DNA of 64,000 nt, taken from positions 124,001 through 188,000 of the forward strand of contig MU005971.1 of the NCBI GenBank assembly GCA_010093745.1. Reading direction: 5' to 3'. This DNA is from Piedraia hortae CBS 480.64 (Eukaryota). Position numbers and translations under genes: made by a program. How positions within the stretch are numbered: the first letter of the stretch is position 1; each line of letters begins with the position of its first letter. The notes below the pieces were generated by a model. The model saw only the letters and a list, made by a program, of their open reading frames with translations. It was not told the origin of the DNA and did no database searches. Shown here in pieces: positions 12,865 through 23,814 of this stretch.

Positions 12865-13699
12865 TTTGGTGTTGGGGTGGTGGGATGGAGGGGGAGTGAA
12901 GGCGGGGTAGATGATGACGCCATTGGTGTGAGAAACGCCATGCGTTTCACGGTTTTGCGGACAAAAAGCTGGGATGACGGGTTGGAAGTAGGTCGTGAGG
13001 TTTTTGTTTGCAGTCTTGGCGTGGATCCGCCAATTTCTCTTGTCGTGATTCTCACCGCTTCCGTTGGAGGATACATCAGGTACTTGCAAGGACAGGAGAG
13101 CTTTCTCGGTGAGAGGATTATAGAGCGTGGCATGGGGTATTTGAAGGTCTCGGGCGTCTTGCTCACCTAGCGAACACGTCTGATTCCAATTGTGCCAAAA
13201 ATGGGCTATCGAGAGCACATTTTGAGAGGCCGAAGGCAGTGGTCAAAGAGAATGACATGCAGACAGAAGAAAATGTGGAATACGGGTGATCGTTCAAGAA
13301 GGACTGATTGCTCACTTTCGATGATGATGTGATTGTCGAGAAGCTGAGCTGTATTGCAGGCAGTCTTTCGTGGGGTACAATTTTTCAAGTTAGACACTTG
13401 GAAACCGAATTTGTGCGCAAAGAAGGCCGGTGCCATTGCTTCAATGTTGGCATCAGCTCCCGGACACTTGCTCGCTGGGCGATCCGATGGACATTCATAG
13501 TATGCGCAATTCCAAGGTCGAGGATCCACAGAACAAGACTGCCAGCTGTAATTTGCGTGTGAGAGCCCAAATCATGGCTGGAGCTGCGGCAGCCGCGGGA
13601 GTCATGGGTCAGCCCACGCGAAGTCGAGGAAGTAGGAGACTGAGGTTCAACTACAGAAGCTCAAGCAACGAAGTGAGGGAACCGGACATCCAATTTCAG

Positions 13700-15900
13700 T
13701 GAGGAAACTAAGGCTTACCATAAAGTACGGGACTTTGAGTATCCTGACCATCTCAGACTGTGTCATCGCAACAACCGAATGCGTTAACGAGTACGTTCGT
13801 GTCGATAAGATGGGCCTCGTCATCCGGCATCCATAGAGCCGCCACATCACTGGACATCCTTTCCACACTAACTGCTTCTTGGATCGAGACGACGTGTTGC
13901 TTTCGCAGCTTACATGGTATTTGTGGCTGCAAAAATCCGAGCAAGTATCGACATCGCATTTCGCCCTGCGATTATCTTCTCTTCCAGCGAAGACTTAGAA
14001 CGGCCTTGGCCTGACTCGAGTATCTGTTAACGGTAAACCAGTCTGGTCGATCAAAAAGCTGTTGTGGAGATATGAAATTGTGACTGCGGCTTCACCTCCC
14101 AAGAAACAGTGGAACCAGGTATCCCCTCTTAATCAGCAGCCCAAGGACTGCCATACCTCGAGACGTCAACGGAGGCAAACTTGAACAGTAATGGGCAAGG
14201 TAAGCTATTCCGAATGCGGACTGACAGCGAGACTGATGAATTGTTTAGGCGGCCTTTGTGCGCTGAGGGGTTCTGAGGGCTCACCCGACTACTTTCCTGA
14301 CATCTTTCGGCCGATGGCTAAAAAAGAGTCCATCCGCAAAGCGGCAAATGCCACAATCATTAAATCTTGCCAACACGCTGAACCTCGTAAACGCACTTTG
14401 GCTCCTCACACCAACTCTCGATCACGTCCTTGTCACAGTCACTGGCAAACCAGAGGCTACTCTTTCTCTCCTCTTTGGCGAGCTGTAACGTGATCAATCC
14501 TAAACTTCGTCCAGATCCCAACAACCGTACTCCGGAGTGGACCCACGCGTTTGAGCACTATATCTAGTACTTAAAGGACAATCTTCGCGCCTGCGTTGTT
14601 TGGGCTGATCGCTTCAAGTGCCCTGAGGCAATCCGTCTAACCAAGGGACTGAAGTCGAGACCCAAGCCTTGGTCGTCTCCTACCTCGACTTCTCCGACAA
14701 AAACCATCAAAACCTCTGTTCTAGCGATGATTTGTCGCGTGGTTATGTCGGCGCAAGCCTAGTTCTCAGTCGCCAACGGATGGCTTTATGTGAGACGGTA
14801 AACCCTCTCATGCAGTATACAGCCAGGTCGCCTCTGCCAGCATAGATAGAGGTCGATGCTTCTCAGGGTTTTAACTTCCATTGGAGGAAGTTTTCCCTGG
14901 GACGAGGCACGGTGCCGTTCATGCTCTGTGCGTGGGTGACGCAGCACCTACGCCAGCCAGGTCCAACATCTCGGTCTAGGCGAAGCCAAACGGAGTCGCT
15001 GGATGGCAATCGCTTCTTCCAACTCACCCCTGATCAATTCTCATAGCGGAGTGGGAAGAAGATCATGGTACGCACGAGCCTCGATCCTGCGAACGGCCAC
15101 ACCATTTCGAAACAGCAAACATGGGAAACCAAATAGAAGCGAGAAAATCAACTTTTTAGACTGATTCGCTGGAAAGATTCATGGACTATGAGGACTGCCC
15201 GCTTATCTGGCGTTCAATCCCGCTTAAGGTCACTGTCTTGCGGAAAGGTTGAAAAACTCGCCTGGCGAAAGTGCTCGAAGACTTCTTTCCAGAGATGTTG
15301 AAGGCACTGAAGGCAAACGATCTGCCCGTAGCTCAGCCATCGAGTACCGCAGAGAAATGCACGGCGGAGCAAAGAAAGGCTGCTGCTGTATGGGTATGTC
15401 TGAATCTCATGTGCTGCTGAAATCTATGGAGTGCTAACCAACTTAGCGTTTCAAAGCCAAGAAAACCACCCTCGGTTCGCGAGGTTTCTTTCGGCTGTCA
15501 GACAAAATGTATAATGAGCTCACCGCAATATAGAAGTATATGATGAACCTTGATTAGTTGTCGGTATTGCTGCTCACATACTTGATAGGAACAGAGTATC
15601 GAGCGACAAGTGTGAATAGCCCAAGAAGAATGTGGATGGTGGGAACATCGCGTCTAGCTTGCGTCCACTAACATTGTTCCGTCATTGGCAGAGACAGATG
15701 GAAATTCCAAACGTGAGAGAAAGGCACAGACGATGGTGCAACGGACTCAGCGCTCTCCACTCCTTTGGCAACTGGATTAGCCTCGTCACCAGCACTGGTA
15801 AGCCTATGACATCAAGCCTTACATATTACAGGCTGACAGAAGACAGAAAAAAGCGAGACAGACTTGAAGGAAACTATCCTTCGTACGCGACGTTCTACTT
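13700..15900 (+). pseudogene. Relic of an unidentified multi-exon gene
   Basis: Canonical introns at 14200-14248 (GTAAGC...TAG) and 15394-15446 (GTATGT...GCTAAC...TAG). The spliced frame around the second intron reads as protein (FFPEMLKALKANDLP...AAAVW/RFKAKK...) but carries in-frame TGA/TAG stops. Boundaries are approximate. Confidence 0.45.
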
Positions 15901-16741
15901 TTGTTCAAGGGAAAACTGAAGTCGGGAGTTGGACGGCGTCAAAATGAATGCTGTCATAACCGAAAACGTCTCTTACATGAAGAAAGCCTGGACCATAGTC
16001 AAACAACGGCATCACATGGACATCATGCCCACGGACTGCAATTTTTAATCGTGGACGCCTTCGACGATAACCCGTTTTTCCAAGCAAGTCCTTTCCGACT
16101 CCTAGGCTATTGTCGAGTATTTCTAGGGATAACCCCTTCAGCTTGCTAAGCTTCAGGCGGAAGTCAACAGTCGGCGGTATTCATTCGTCCTAGCCGCTAC
16201 GACCAGATGTGGCACACAGGTGACCATGCTATGTTCGGTGATCCAGATGCAGAACGCCCTCAAGCGCCGCCTATCGCACTTCTTCTCAGTTCTTTCGGGG
16301 AAATTAGATACCAGAAGTCATTGAATACATCAGGCGACCACAGAACAACTAGGGTGATAGCCAGGGTGAAGAGGCAGAGCTCTCGAGAACCTTAATAAAC
16401 CTCCTTCTGGGCGTTTGTACTGCTCTTAAGATTAGCTCGAGCTACCTAGAGCTATAAAGTCGCCGTTGGTCTTCCCTGATTACCCAGACTCTCCACAACC
16501 TTCGAGCAGCATACAACTGGCATCGGCGCGCAGTTCAATATTTGTGTCCTTCGTTTTACATAGATGCCAGGGGCCATTATTTTTAAGACCCTGACACTCG
16601 GCTTTACACCTGCATGTAGTTTTGACGTTTGGCACTATCGAGGCCATGGTACATACTTCTTCTGACCTGTTCCCTTTTGTTACCATGGTATAGTATAGCT
16701 GTCCAACACTAGTCATCATTCTCGCACCTCTGTTCTCAGGC

Positions 16742-16808
16742 ATGACTCATCAAGGTTTGGCGAGATGGAGGGCGGAATTCCTCCGGGGCAACGTCAACCC
16801 CACCCCGG
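16742..16808. promoter_or_regulatory. Putative Gcn4/CpcA (AP-1) site plus two CreA/Mig1-type sites upstream of ACH1
   Basis: ATGACTCAT at 16742-16750. CCGGGG (SYGGRG) at 16783-16788 on + and at 16803-16808 on -. All lie 58-125 bp upstream of the ATG. Confidence 0.5.
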
Positions 16809-16865
16809 GAGCTGTCTCGGTGCTGTTTCGGTGGTATTGACACGGTCAGTCTGACAGTCCTCACC

Positions 16866-18476
16866 ATGCATCCCACTCATATACGTCGCAGCGCTCCGTA
16901 TGTCTCTGACCTCCTCCGCAGCCGTGTCCGCCGTCCTTCGTATCTGAACAAGCTCTGCAAAGCCGAAGACACGTTCGAGCTGTTCCCCAATGGAGCGTAC
17001 ATTGGCTGGTCGGGCTTCACGGGAGTGGGATATCCCAAGAAGGTGCCTACTGCGTTGGCCGAACACGTAGAGAGGAACAATCTCCAAGGCAAGCTCAAGT
17101 TCAATCTCTTTGTGGGAGCCTCGTCTGGTTCGGAAACGGAGAATCGCTGGGCGCGGAACAACATGATTGAGCGACGCGCACCGCACCAGGTTGGCAAAGA
17201 AATTGCAAAAGGTATCAACAATGGCAACATCAAGTTCTTTGACAAGCACCTCAGCATGTTTCCTGTGGACCTTATGTATGGGTACTACACCATGCACAAG
17301 AAGAACAACAAGTTGGACGTGGCCATTGTCGAGGCATCAGCCATCACCGAGGACGGGGGAATCATCCCAGGGGCGTCGGTCGGAGCGTCGCCTGAAGTCA
17401 TCCAAATGGCGGACAAGATCATCATCGAAGTGAACACCGCAGCTCCCTCCTTCGAAGGGCTCCACGACATTACCATGACGAATCTCCCACCGCGACGGAA
17501 GCCATATCTGATCATGGCACCCGAAGATCGGATCGGAACACCACACATCCCCATCGATCCCGAACGGGTCGTTGCGATCGTTGAATCAGACTATCCAGAC
17601 CAAACACAGCCCAACTCCCCCGAAGACGACACTTCCCGCGCCATCGCCGCCAATCTAATCGAATTTCTCAAACACGAAGTGTCCCAAGGCCGCCTCCCGG
17701 AAAACCTCCTACCCCTACAAAGCGGCATCGGCAACATCGCCAACGCGGTGATCGGCGGCCTCGCCTCCGGCGGCGCCAACTTCAAGAACCTCAAAGTCTG
17801 GACCGAGGTCCTCCAAGATAGTTTCCTTGACCTCTTCGACAGCGGGAACCTCGACTTCGCGACAGCAACCTCAATTCGCTTCTCCCCAGACGGCTTCTCA
17901 CGCTTCTACAAAAATTACGACTCGTACGCGCCAAAACTCTGCCTCCGCAGCCAACAAGTCAGCAACTCTCCCGAGATCATCCGCCGGCTAGGCGTAATCG
18001 GCATGAATACGCCCGTGGAAGTAGACATGTATGCGCACGCCAACTCGACCTGTGTCCTCGGCTCGCGCATGCTCAACGGACTGGGAGGCAGCGCCGACTT
18101 CCTCCGCTCAGCGAAATACAGCATCATGCATACTCCATCAACAAGACCGACGAAGACGGACCCCCACGGCGTCTCGTGTATCGTCCCCATGTGCACGCAT
18201 ATCGACCAGACGGAACACGATCTCGATATGGTTGTTACCGAGCAAGGCTTCGCGGACGTGAGAGGTCTCTCGCCGAGGGAGAGGGCGAGAGTCATCATCA
18301 CCAAATGCGCGCATCCGCAGTATAGGGATATCCTGATGGAGTATTTCGATCGTGCGGAATACGAGTGTTTGAAGAAGGGAATGGGTCATGAACCGCAGTT
18401 GTTGAGGAATGTGTTCCAGATGCATAGCAATTTGCAGGACAAGGGAACGATGAAGATTGATAAGTGGGAGTGGTAG
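16866..18476 (+). CDS. ACH1: Acetyl-CoA hydrolase / CoA-transferase, 536 aa
   Basis: Single ORF with [32 protein letters not shown] and NGLGGSADF motifs. Confidence 0.96.
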   Translation: MHPTHIRRSAPYVSDLLRSRVRRPSYLNKLCKAEDTFELFPNGAYIGWSGFTGVGYPKKVPTALAEHVERNNLQGKLKFNLFVGASSGSETENRWARNNMIERRAPHQVGKEIAKGINNGNIKFFDKHLSMFPVDLMYGYYTMHKKNNKLDVAIVEASAITEDGGIIPGASVGASPEVIQMADKIIIEVNTAAPSFEGLHDITMTNLPPRRKPYLIMAPEDRIGTPHIPIDPERVVAIVESDYPDQTQPNSPEDDTSRAIAANLIEFLKHEVSQGRLPENLLPLQSGIGNIANAVIGGLASGGANFKNLKVWTEVLQDSFLDLFDSGNLDFATATSIRFSPDGFSRFYKNYDSYAPKLCLRSQQVSNSPEIIRRLGVIGMNTPVEVDMYAHANSTCVLGSRMLNGLGGSADFLRSAKYSIMHTPSTRPTKTDPHGVSCIVPMCTHIDQTEHDLDMVVTEQGFADVRGLSPRERARVIITKCAHPQYRDILMEYFDRAEYECLKKGMGHEPQLLRNVFQMHSNLQDKGTMKIDKWEW

Positions 18477-18593
18477 TGTAGAGTGCTCTGCATAGAAATG
18501 TCGATTGTGTGGGATTGAGTTTGAACTACAGAAGAGTCTGATCTTGGCGACAGATTATTAGACCGTGAACCGTTTACAAACCATGACGACTAA

Positions 18594-19889
18594 CTACAAC
18601 ATCTCGTTGACAAATAGACCCGCCATGCCCATTCCCGTGCCGATGCACATGGACGTAAGCAAGACCTTGGCCTTGCGCCTCCTGCACTCGCTAAGACCAG
18701 TGACAATCTGTCTCGCGCCGGTGCATCCAAGGGGGTGGCCGAGGGCAATAGCCCCACCGCGAGGGTTCATCTTCTGCCAGTCTAGCTTAAGGGTATCGCG
18801 ACAGTAGACTGCCATGGAAGCAAAAGCCTCGTTAAGCTCTACAACATCGATATCCTTATCGAGATCGAGACCGTACTTTCCCAAAAGCTTAGGGATCGCA
18901 ATCGAAGGACCAATGCCCATGATGCGAGGCGCAAGGCCAGCAACGGTGGTACCGACATATTTGGCCAGGATTGGCTGGCCAAGCTCCAATGCCTTGGAGC
19001 GTTTCATCATGAGCACCGCGGCAGCACCATCCGTGACCTGGCTGCTGTTTCCGCCCGTTGAGCGGTCTCCAAACGACGGGAACGCAGGCCGCAGCTTACT
19101 AAGAACTTCAAACGTTGTCCCGGGACGGATACCCTCGTCCTGAGTCAGAGTCACGCTCTTCCCGTCCCTCGTAACGGTGATGGGCGCAATCTCATCCGCG
19201 AACCAACCAGCCTTTTGAGCAGTTTCCGCCCTGCGGTACGACTCCGCGGCGTAGCGGTCCTGGAGCTCGCGCGTGACGTTAAAGTCCTTGGCGACGTTCT
19301 CAGAGGTCTGGCCCATGGGCTGAAGGCAGTCGACGGCATCGCTGACGCCGCTGTTCATGATGTCATCGACAAATACCCGCTCCAGGCGGTCCCCGCCCGA
19401 AGACATGCTCTCCGCGCCGATGGCGAGTCCAACCTCAATGTCCCCGTGCTCGATTTGGTTCGCAATGTCCTGTGTCGCTTTAAGACCCGAGGAGCAGAAC
19501 CGGTTGACCGTCGATCCAGCAGTGGTGTTGGGGAAGCCGGCTGCCAGCATGGCTGCACGCGTGTAGTATGCTGCTTTGCTGTCGTTGACCTGTGCATAGG
19601 GGTTTAGTTCCATCCAGTTACTTTCTTCAGGAAAACTTACGTTGCCAACGCAGATATCTTCGACGAGCTGCGGATCAAGACGGCTCTTCTGGAGGACCTG
19701 CTGCAGGAGTTTGAACAGGATTCCGTCCAGAGGCGTGTCCTTGAGTCCGCCTTTGCCTGCCTTGCAGAGCGGTGTCCGCAATGCGAGCGTGATGACTACA
19801 TCGTCTGGGTTCTTCTGGGTGATTCGGTCGACGGGGTTCTGGCCCGGCTTGAGGTGCGTAAGCACTGAGGAGAGTCGTTCTGCTGCCAT
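18594..19889 (-). CDS. POT1: Peroxisomal 3-ketoacyl-CoA thiolase, 414 aa after removing one in-frame intron
   Basis: PTS2 RLSSVLTHL at the N-terminus. Motifs NRFCSSGL, ELNEAFA, GHPLGCTG and CIGTGMG. The 51-nt intron 19590-19640 (GTAAGT...CAG) is read through in the ORF track. Confidence 0.93.
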   Translation of the reverse strand: MAAERLSSVLTHLKPGQNPVDRITQKNPDDVVITLALRTPLCKAGKGGLKDTPLDGILFKLLQQVLQKSRLDPQLVEDICVGNVSFPEESNWMELNPYAQVNDSKAAYYTRAAMLAAGFPNTTAGSTVNRFCSSGLKATQDIANQIEHGDIEVGLAIGAESMSSGGDRLERVFVDDIMNSGVSDAVDCLQPMGQTSENVAKDFNVTRELQDRYAAESYRRAETAQKAGWFADEIAPITVTRDGKSVTLTQDEGIRPGTTFEVLSKLRPAFPSFGDRSTGGNSSQVTDGAAAVLMMKRSKALELGQPILAKYVGTTVAGLAPRIMGIGPSIAIPKLLGKYGLDLDKDIDVVELNEAFASMAVYCRDTLKLDWQKMNPRGGAIALGHPLGCTGARQIVTGLSECRRRKAKVLLTSMCIGTGMGMAGLFVNEML

Positions 19890-19964
19890 TGTTATTCAAT
19901 GAAAGGAGAGAGATGGGCGGACGGATATAACCCCCCCCGGAGCTGTCGAGCCGAACGCCGTTTG

Positions 19965-20157
19965 CCGAGGTACGGGCCTCGGACGTCTGGCGTGAATAGG
20001 GTTAGGCGGACGACATTCCAAACGGGCCTGTATACCTCACCAGTAATTCACCCATTGGTATGAGCAGAAGGGTTTTCGTGAAAGATCCATGATGCAGCTG
20101 GTTGGATGGTACAATAGCTGTCAGCACACCTACCAATAGAGTACAGTAATCCCTCGG
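19965..20157. promoter_or_regulatory. FarA/FarB-type fatty-acid response elements (CCTCGG) upstream of the thiolase
   Basis: CCGAGG at 19965-19970, CCTCGG at 19977-19982 (inverted pair, 6-bp spacer) and CCTCGG at 20152-20157. Confidence 0.6.
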
Positions 20158-20174
20158 GGGTATATCACTCCATC

Positions 20175-22166
20175 TTACCCAGAAACACACCTCAGAGCCT
20201 CGTCAACGCTTTTTAGAAAATGGTCCTCTCCACCACAAAGTTCCACGATGCCCGTAGCCTTCAACAGCCTCCAGACTTCAGTCTGCGAGCATCTACAGAA
20301 AAACACCCTCGTCCCAGCTGACCTGTAAGCCTGCACTATTTCCAGCAGGACTGCTGCCGCCGCCGGATCCATGCCCGTAACACCGTGGATATCGAACACG
20401 AGATTCGCCGTCTGTCCATGTGCCCGCAGCCTCGGCAGGGCAGGATGGGCGATACTTGACCCATGCTTCTCCAACCTACTCAAACGGTCCTGCAGGGAAC
20501 CCGTGTTCGCAAATGTAAGCGGCTCGGGGATCTTGACAATGAGGCAGTTTGGCGCAAACTCGACGGGCATCGCCTCTGCGTTCTCAAACTCGCCGGGACT
20601 GTCCGGCACACGGCCTAGGATCTGGATTCGCGGTTGCGTTGCGTGGCGGAGCAGTCGGAGCAGAGAAAGTCCTATCCCCACCGCGATCCCGATGCGGAGA
20701 TTCCAGAAGAAGGTCGTGAGGAAGATGAGGACCATCAAAACCAACTCCGACCAGCCGCAGATCCGGTAGAAGAACAGAACTTCGTGTGGCGCTTCTTCGA
20801 TGAGGCTGTATGCTACGATGCTGATCATCGCGCTGAGGACTCCCTTTGGGATGTAGTAAAAGTAGGGAAGTAGGTAGAGGGTGCAGAGCACTGTAATGAG
20901 GGAGAGGAAGATGGAGCTCATGGGTGTTTTACCACCTGTGCTGGCGTTCACTTTGCTCCGTCCATAACCCCCGAATGCTGGTAATGCCATGAAGCTGCCG
21001 CCCACGAGGTTTGCTACGCCCAATGCAACCAACTCGCGGTTTGAAGATACGCTCATGCCAAGGTCGTCCTTGTCGGACCTGCTTCCGAGTGACTTTGCTG
21101 CAACAGATGACTCGAAGAAGCCGAGCAGAGCGATGAGAAAGGCTGTCCCGAATGCGTCGTCGACGTATTTGAAGTGCTCTTTTGCAAAGGGAAATTCGGG
21201 TTGGAAGGGAGTCCCAGCAGACTTGATATCGCCTAGGATAGCTACGCCTTTGCTCGCCCAGCGGAGCTGCCAAGAGAGAATGGCCGCGAGAAGGACGACG
21301 ATGAATCGATCCGGGACGTAGGCCACCCAGTTCATCCGCGGCTGCAGCCTCTGCTTGACCTCTCGCAGTACGAAGACGATGAAAATGGTGGTGAAGCTGA
21401 CGATGCACGTTAGTGTGTGTGCTTCATGACCATGACGAGCGATGAATATGATTTTTTCCATCGAGGAGCCGTGAGCGGCGTTTGGGAACTTTGCGGCAAT
21501 AGCATCCAGTCCCATCTCTGTCACCAGTTGGTCGACAAAGATAACAACGCCGATTGCACTGATGAAACCGCGGAGAAAGGGCTTCGAGAGGACCGAGTTC
21601 AGAAAGCCTAACCGGCAGAGACCGGCTATCAGTATGACAACCCCGGCAAGACTGGTTACCATGCCGGCGACTTGGGCATTCTTGTGTCCGTCTCCATCGT
21701 CATGAAGTCCAGCGTTAATCGCACTTCGAACAACTCCACCAGTTAACAAAGAGCCCGCTGCTTCTGGACCGACAACCATGAGCGGACAGCTTCCCAGGAT
21801 GGCGTAGACTAACGGGTTGAACACAAACGAATACAATCCGTTTATGGGCGGGATATGGCCTAGATTTGCTGCATAGGAGAGGGAAATGGGAATGTAAAAG
21901 GATGCCATGGTCAAGGCGGCCACAAAATCTCCCCGCAGATAGCTCCATTTATACTGCCATATCCAGTTCATGATGGGCACGTAGTACCGGAGATACATCC
22001 ATCCGCTGTCCGTTACGCCGTGTTCCCGTGCTAGTTGCTGTGTTAAACTTCGTTTGCTCATCTGTCCCAGCAGACTCTCTCGTATGCTGTTATCGTCTTC
22101 GTCGATGCTGCCATACCTCGTACCCCCTCCGTCCCTCGTCAACAGCGACGCTCTATCTTGATCCAT
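20175..22166 (-). CDS. SulP/SLC26 sulfate-transporter family protein with STAS domain, 663 aa
   Basis: Motifs GDFVAALTMASFYIP, GLYSFV, VVGPEAAGSL, SSNRELVALG and FGGYGRSKVN. C-terminal STAS region (EPLTFAN...FDIHGVTGMD). Confidence 0.92.
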   Translation of the reverse strand: MDQDRASLLTRDGGGTRYGSIDEDDNSIRESLLGQMSKRSLTQQLAREHGVTDSGWMYLRYYVPIMNWIWQYKWSYLRGDFVAALTMASFYIPISLSYAANLGHIPPINGLYSFVFNPLVYAILGSCPLMVVGPEAAGSLLTGGVVRSAINAGLHDDGDGHKNAQVAGMVTSLAGVVILIAGLCRLGFLNSVLSKPFLRGFISAIGVVIFVDQLVTEMGLDAIAAKFPNAAHGSSMEKIIFIARHGHEAHTLTCIVSFTTIFIVFVLREVKQRLQPRMNWVAYVPDRFIVVLLAAILSWQLRWASKGVAILGDIKSAGTPFQPEFPFAKEHFKYVDDAFGTAFLIALLGFFESSVAAKSLGSRSDKDDLGMSVSSNRELVALGVANLVGGSFMALPAFGGYGRSKVNASTGGKTPMSSIFLSLITVLCTLYLLPYFYYIPKGVLSAMISIVAYSLIEEAPHEVLFFYRICGWSELVLMVLIFLTTFFWNLRIGIAVGIGLSLLRLLRHATQPRIQILGRVPDSPGEFENAEAMPVEFAPNCLIVKIPEPLTFANTGSLQDRLSRLEKHGSSIAHPALPRLRAHGQTANLVFDIHGVTGMDPAAAAVLLEIVQAYRSAGTRVFFCRCSQTEVWRLLKATGIVELCGGEDHFLKSVDEALRCVSG

Positions 22167-22340
22167 TTATTGCACTTTTGTTCTTGACGCCTCTCTTCTC
22201 GCAAACCCTATTCATCCCTTGCCACAGCCTGAGCTTGTGTCTGACCGTTGCATGGAGTTTGCCGTGAAGTTTCTGATGACGTCGACACGGGTCGGACCGT
22301 CGTGCGCACGCCAAGACATCCACGGAGATATTTGGCACAT

Positions 22341-23540
22341 CTACCTACTCTTTTCCTGCTCAATTTGCGCCCTAAGGTCTTGTAGCACACTCTCCCTCTT
22401 CTTCAAATGCTCCTGCAAGCTCTCGACTTGTTCCCTGACCATCTCCACGTCCTCTTTAAACCCCTTTAAATCTTGGGTCTTTTCCTGTCCTTCGTTCGTC
22501 TTCCTCAACTCCCCCTTTTTGAACTCGAGCAGTTGTTCTAACTCGCGCTTTACGAGTGCAGGATGTGAGTCTTCTCTCCTGCTTCCTCGCTCTCTCTTCT
22601 TCTGCGCCGCGGCCTCTACCATGACTATTTTGTCCTCAATGTCCTTTAGCTGCTTCTTTAAGCTGACCTCCTCCCAGTCATCGTCTTTTGAGAACTGGGT
22701 CCCGGCAATCTTCCTCTCTCCTATGCCTAGTCGACTGAGGTAAGCGTCTCCAAACTTGGCCTTCTTCCCTGACGGCGTGCTATCGTCCCGCGATGTGCCC
22801 CAGCGGTCGGCTGCGGTCTTGGTCTTTGAAAGGTCATAAGAGATCTTGCCCTGTTCAAATGTCGCGCGGAGTGACGGCGGCACAGAACGCGGTATCCGGT
22901 AGCCCTCATGGCGATTATTTAGGATGTGTAGAAATGCGAGACAGGCGTCTTTATTGATGCCCTCTTCGCTCTTGGGGTTGACGAGATTCCACGCCGACCG
23001 AATATCGGTATCCGGAACATCGAGGCTAGAATACAAGCCTTCTAGAGCGTTGAAAGACATAAGACCGTCCCGCGGATTGCGGTTGGCCGAATAAATTTCC
23101 TCGTACTTGTTCCTGTCACTGGGGCTCATGTACCAGTCGAAGCCATCTTTGAGGGTTTCGTCATCGTCGTCGTCGTCGGCCCAGTCGGGCTGTTTGAAGC
23201 TTTCGCCGCCGCCCTTAACCGCGCGCTGCGCCTGGACTAGATATGCCTTGCTTTCTGGCACTAGCCAATCTGGGAGACTTTCGGGAACATCGGAATATTC
23301 GCCGTTCACGAGATCAAAGATGAGGCGCATTGCAACGCAGAATTCCTCAAAGTCCAGCCGCCCATCACCGTCGACGTCGGCCAAATCCCATATGCGCTCA
23401 AGCTGGTCGTCGCGCAGCCGCGAGTTCTTCAACACGCCGGCCGCTGCCGCCCCGTCCAAATGGCGCGCACCTTGAGCCAGAGACTCGAATATTTCCCAAT
23501 ACCGCTCCACTTCCCATTGTTCAATTCGCTTTGGCGGCAT
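22341..23540 (-). CDS. END3: End3, EH-domain endocytic/actin regulatory protein, 399 aa
   Basis: [18 protein letters not shown] start, EH/EF-hand [18 protein letters not shown], second EH domain, End3 motif [11 protein letters not shown] and a coiled coil. Confidence 0.95.
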   Translation of the reverse strand: MPPKRIEQWEVERYWEIFESLAQGARHLDGAAAAGVLKNSRLRDDQLERIWDLADVDGDGRLDFEEFCVAMRLIFDLVNGEYSDVPESLPDWLVPESKAYLVQAQRAVKGGGESFKQPDWADDDDDDETLKDGFDWYMSPSDRNKYEEIYSANRNPRDGLMSFNALEGLYSSLDVPDTDIRSAWNLVNPKSEEGINKDACLAFLHILNNRHEGYRIPRSVPPSLRATFEQGKISYDLSKTKTAADRWGTSRDDSTPSGKKAKFGDAYLSRLGIGERKIAGTQFSKDDDWEEVSLKKQLKDIEDKIVMVEAAAQKKRERGSRREDSHPALVKRELEQLLEFKKGELRKTNEGQEKTQDLKGFKEDVEMVREQVESLQEHLKKRESVLQDLRAQIEQEKSR

Positions 23541-23814
23541 TATGAATACTTCGCAAGGCCGATTAAGGTCTGTGGCTGCTGGTTTGGACCAAACAGGAAG
23601 GCGCTGGGGAGGATAAACCTTACCCTAATTAGACATGGCGCCGGCGATGGCGTCTGTGACGTCAGTTGAGACTCCACCTAGAAAAACAAAACGCTGATGG
23701 AGGAGTTTGCACTGCGTGTAGTTCCTACCGAGGTACATGACTGTATAGCAGACGTACGAGGTGCTTTACTGCAGTCTGAGAATGTTTCACTTGCCGCTTT
23801 GCCCGCACTGATCC

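Noticed and set aside
12865..13218. 118-aa N-terminal extension of the MDR ORF
   Set aside because: Begins at a non-ATG codon and is unrelated to the MDR fold; ATG 12864 fits the family start.
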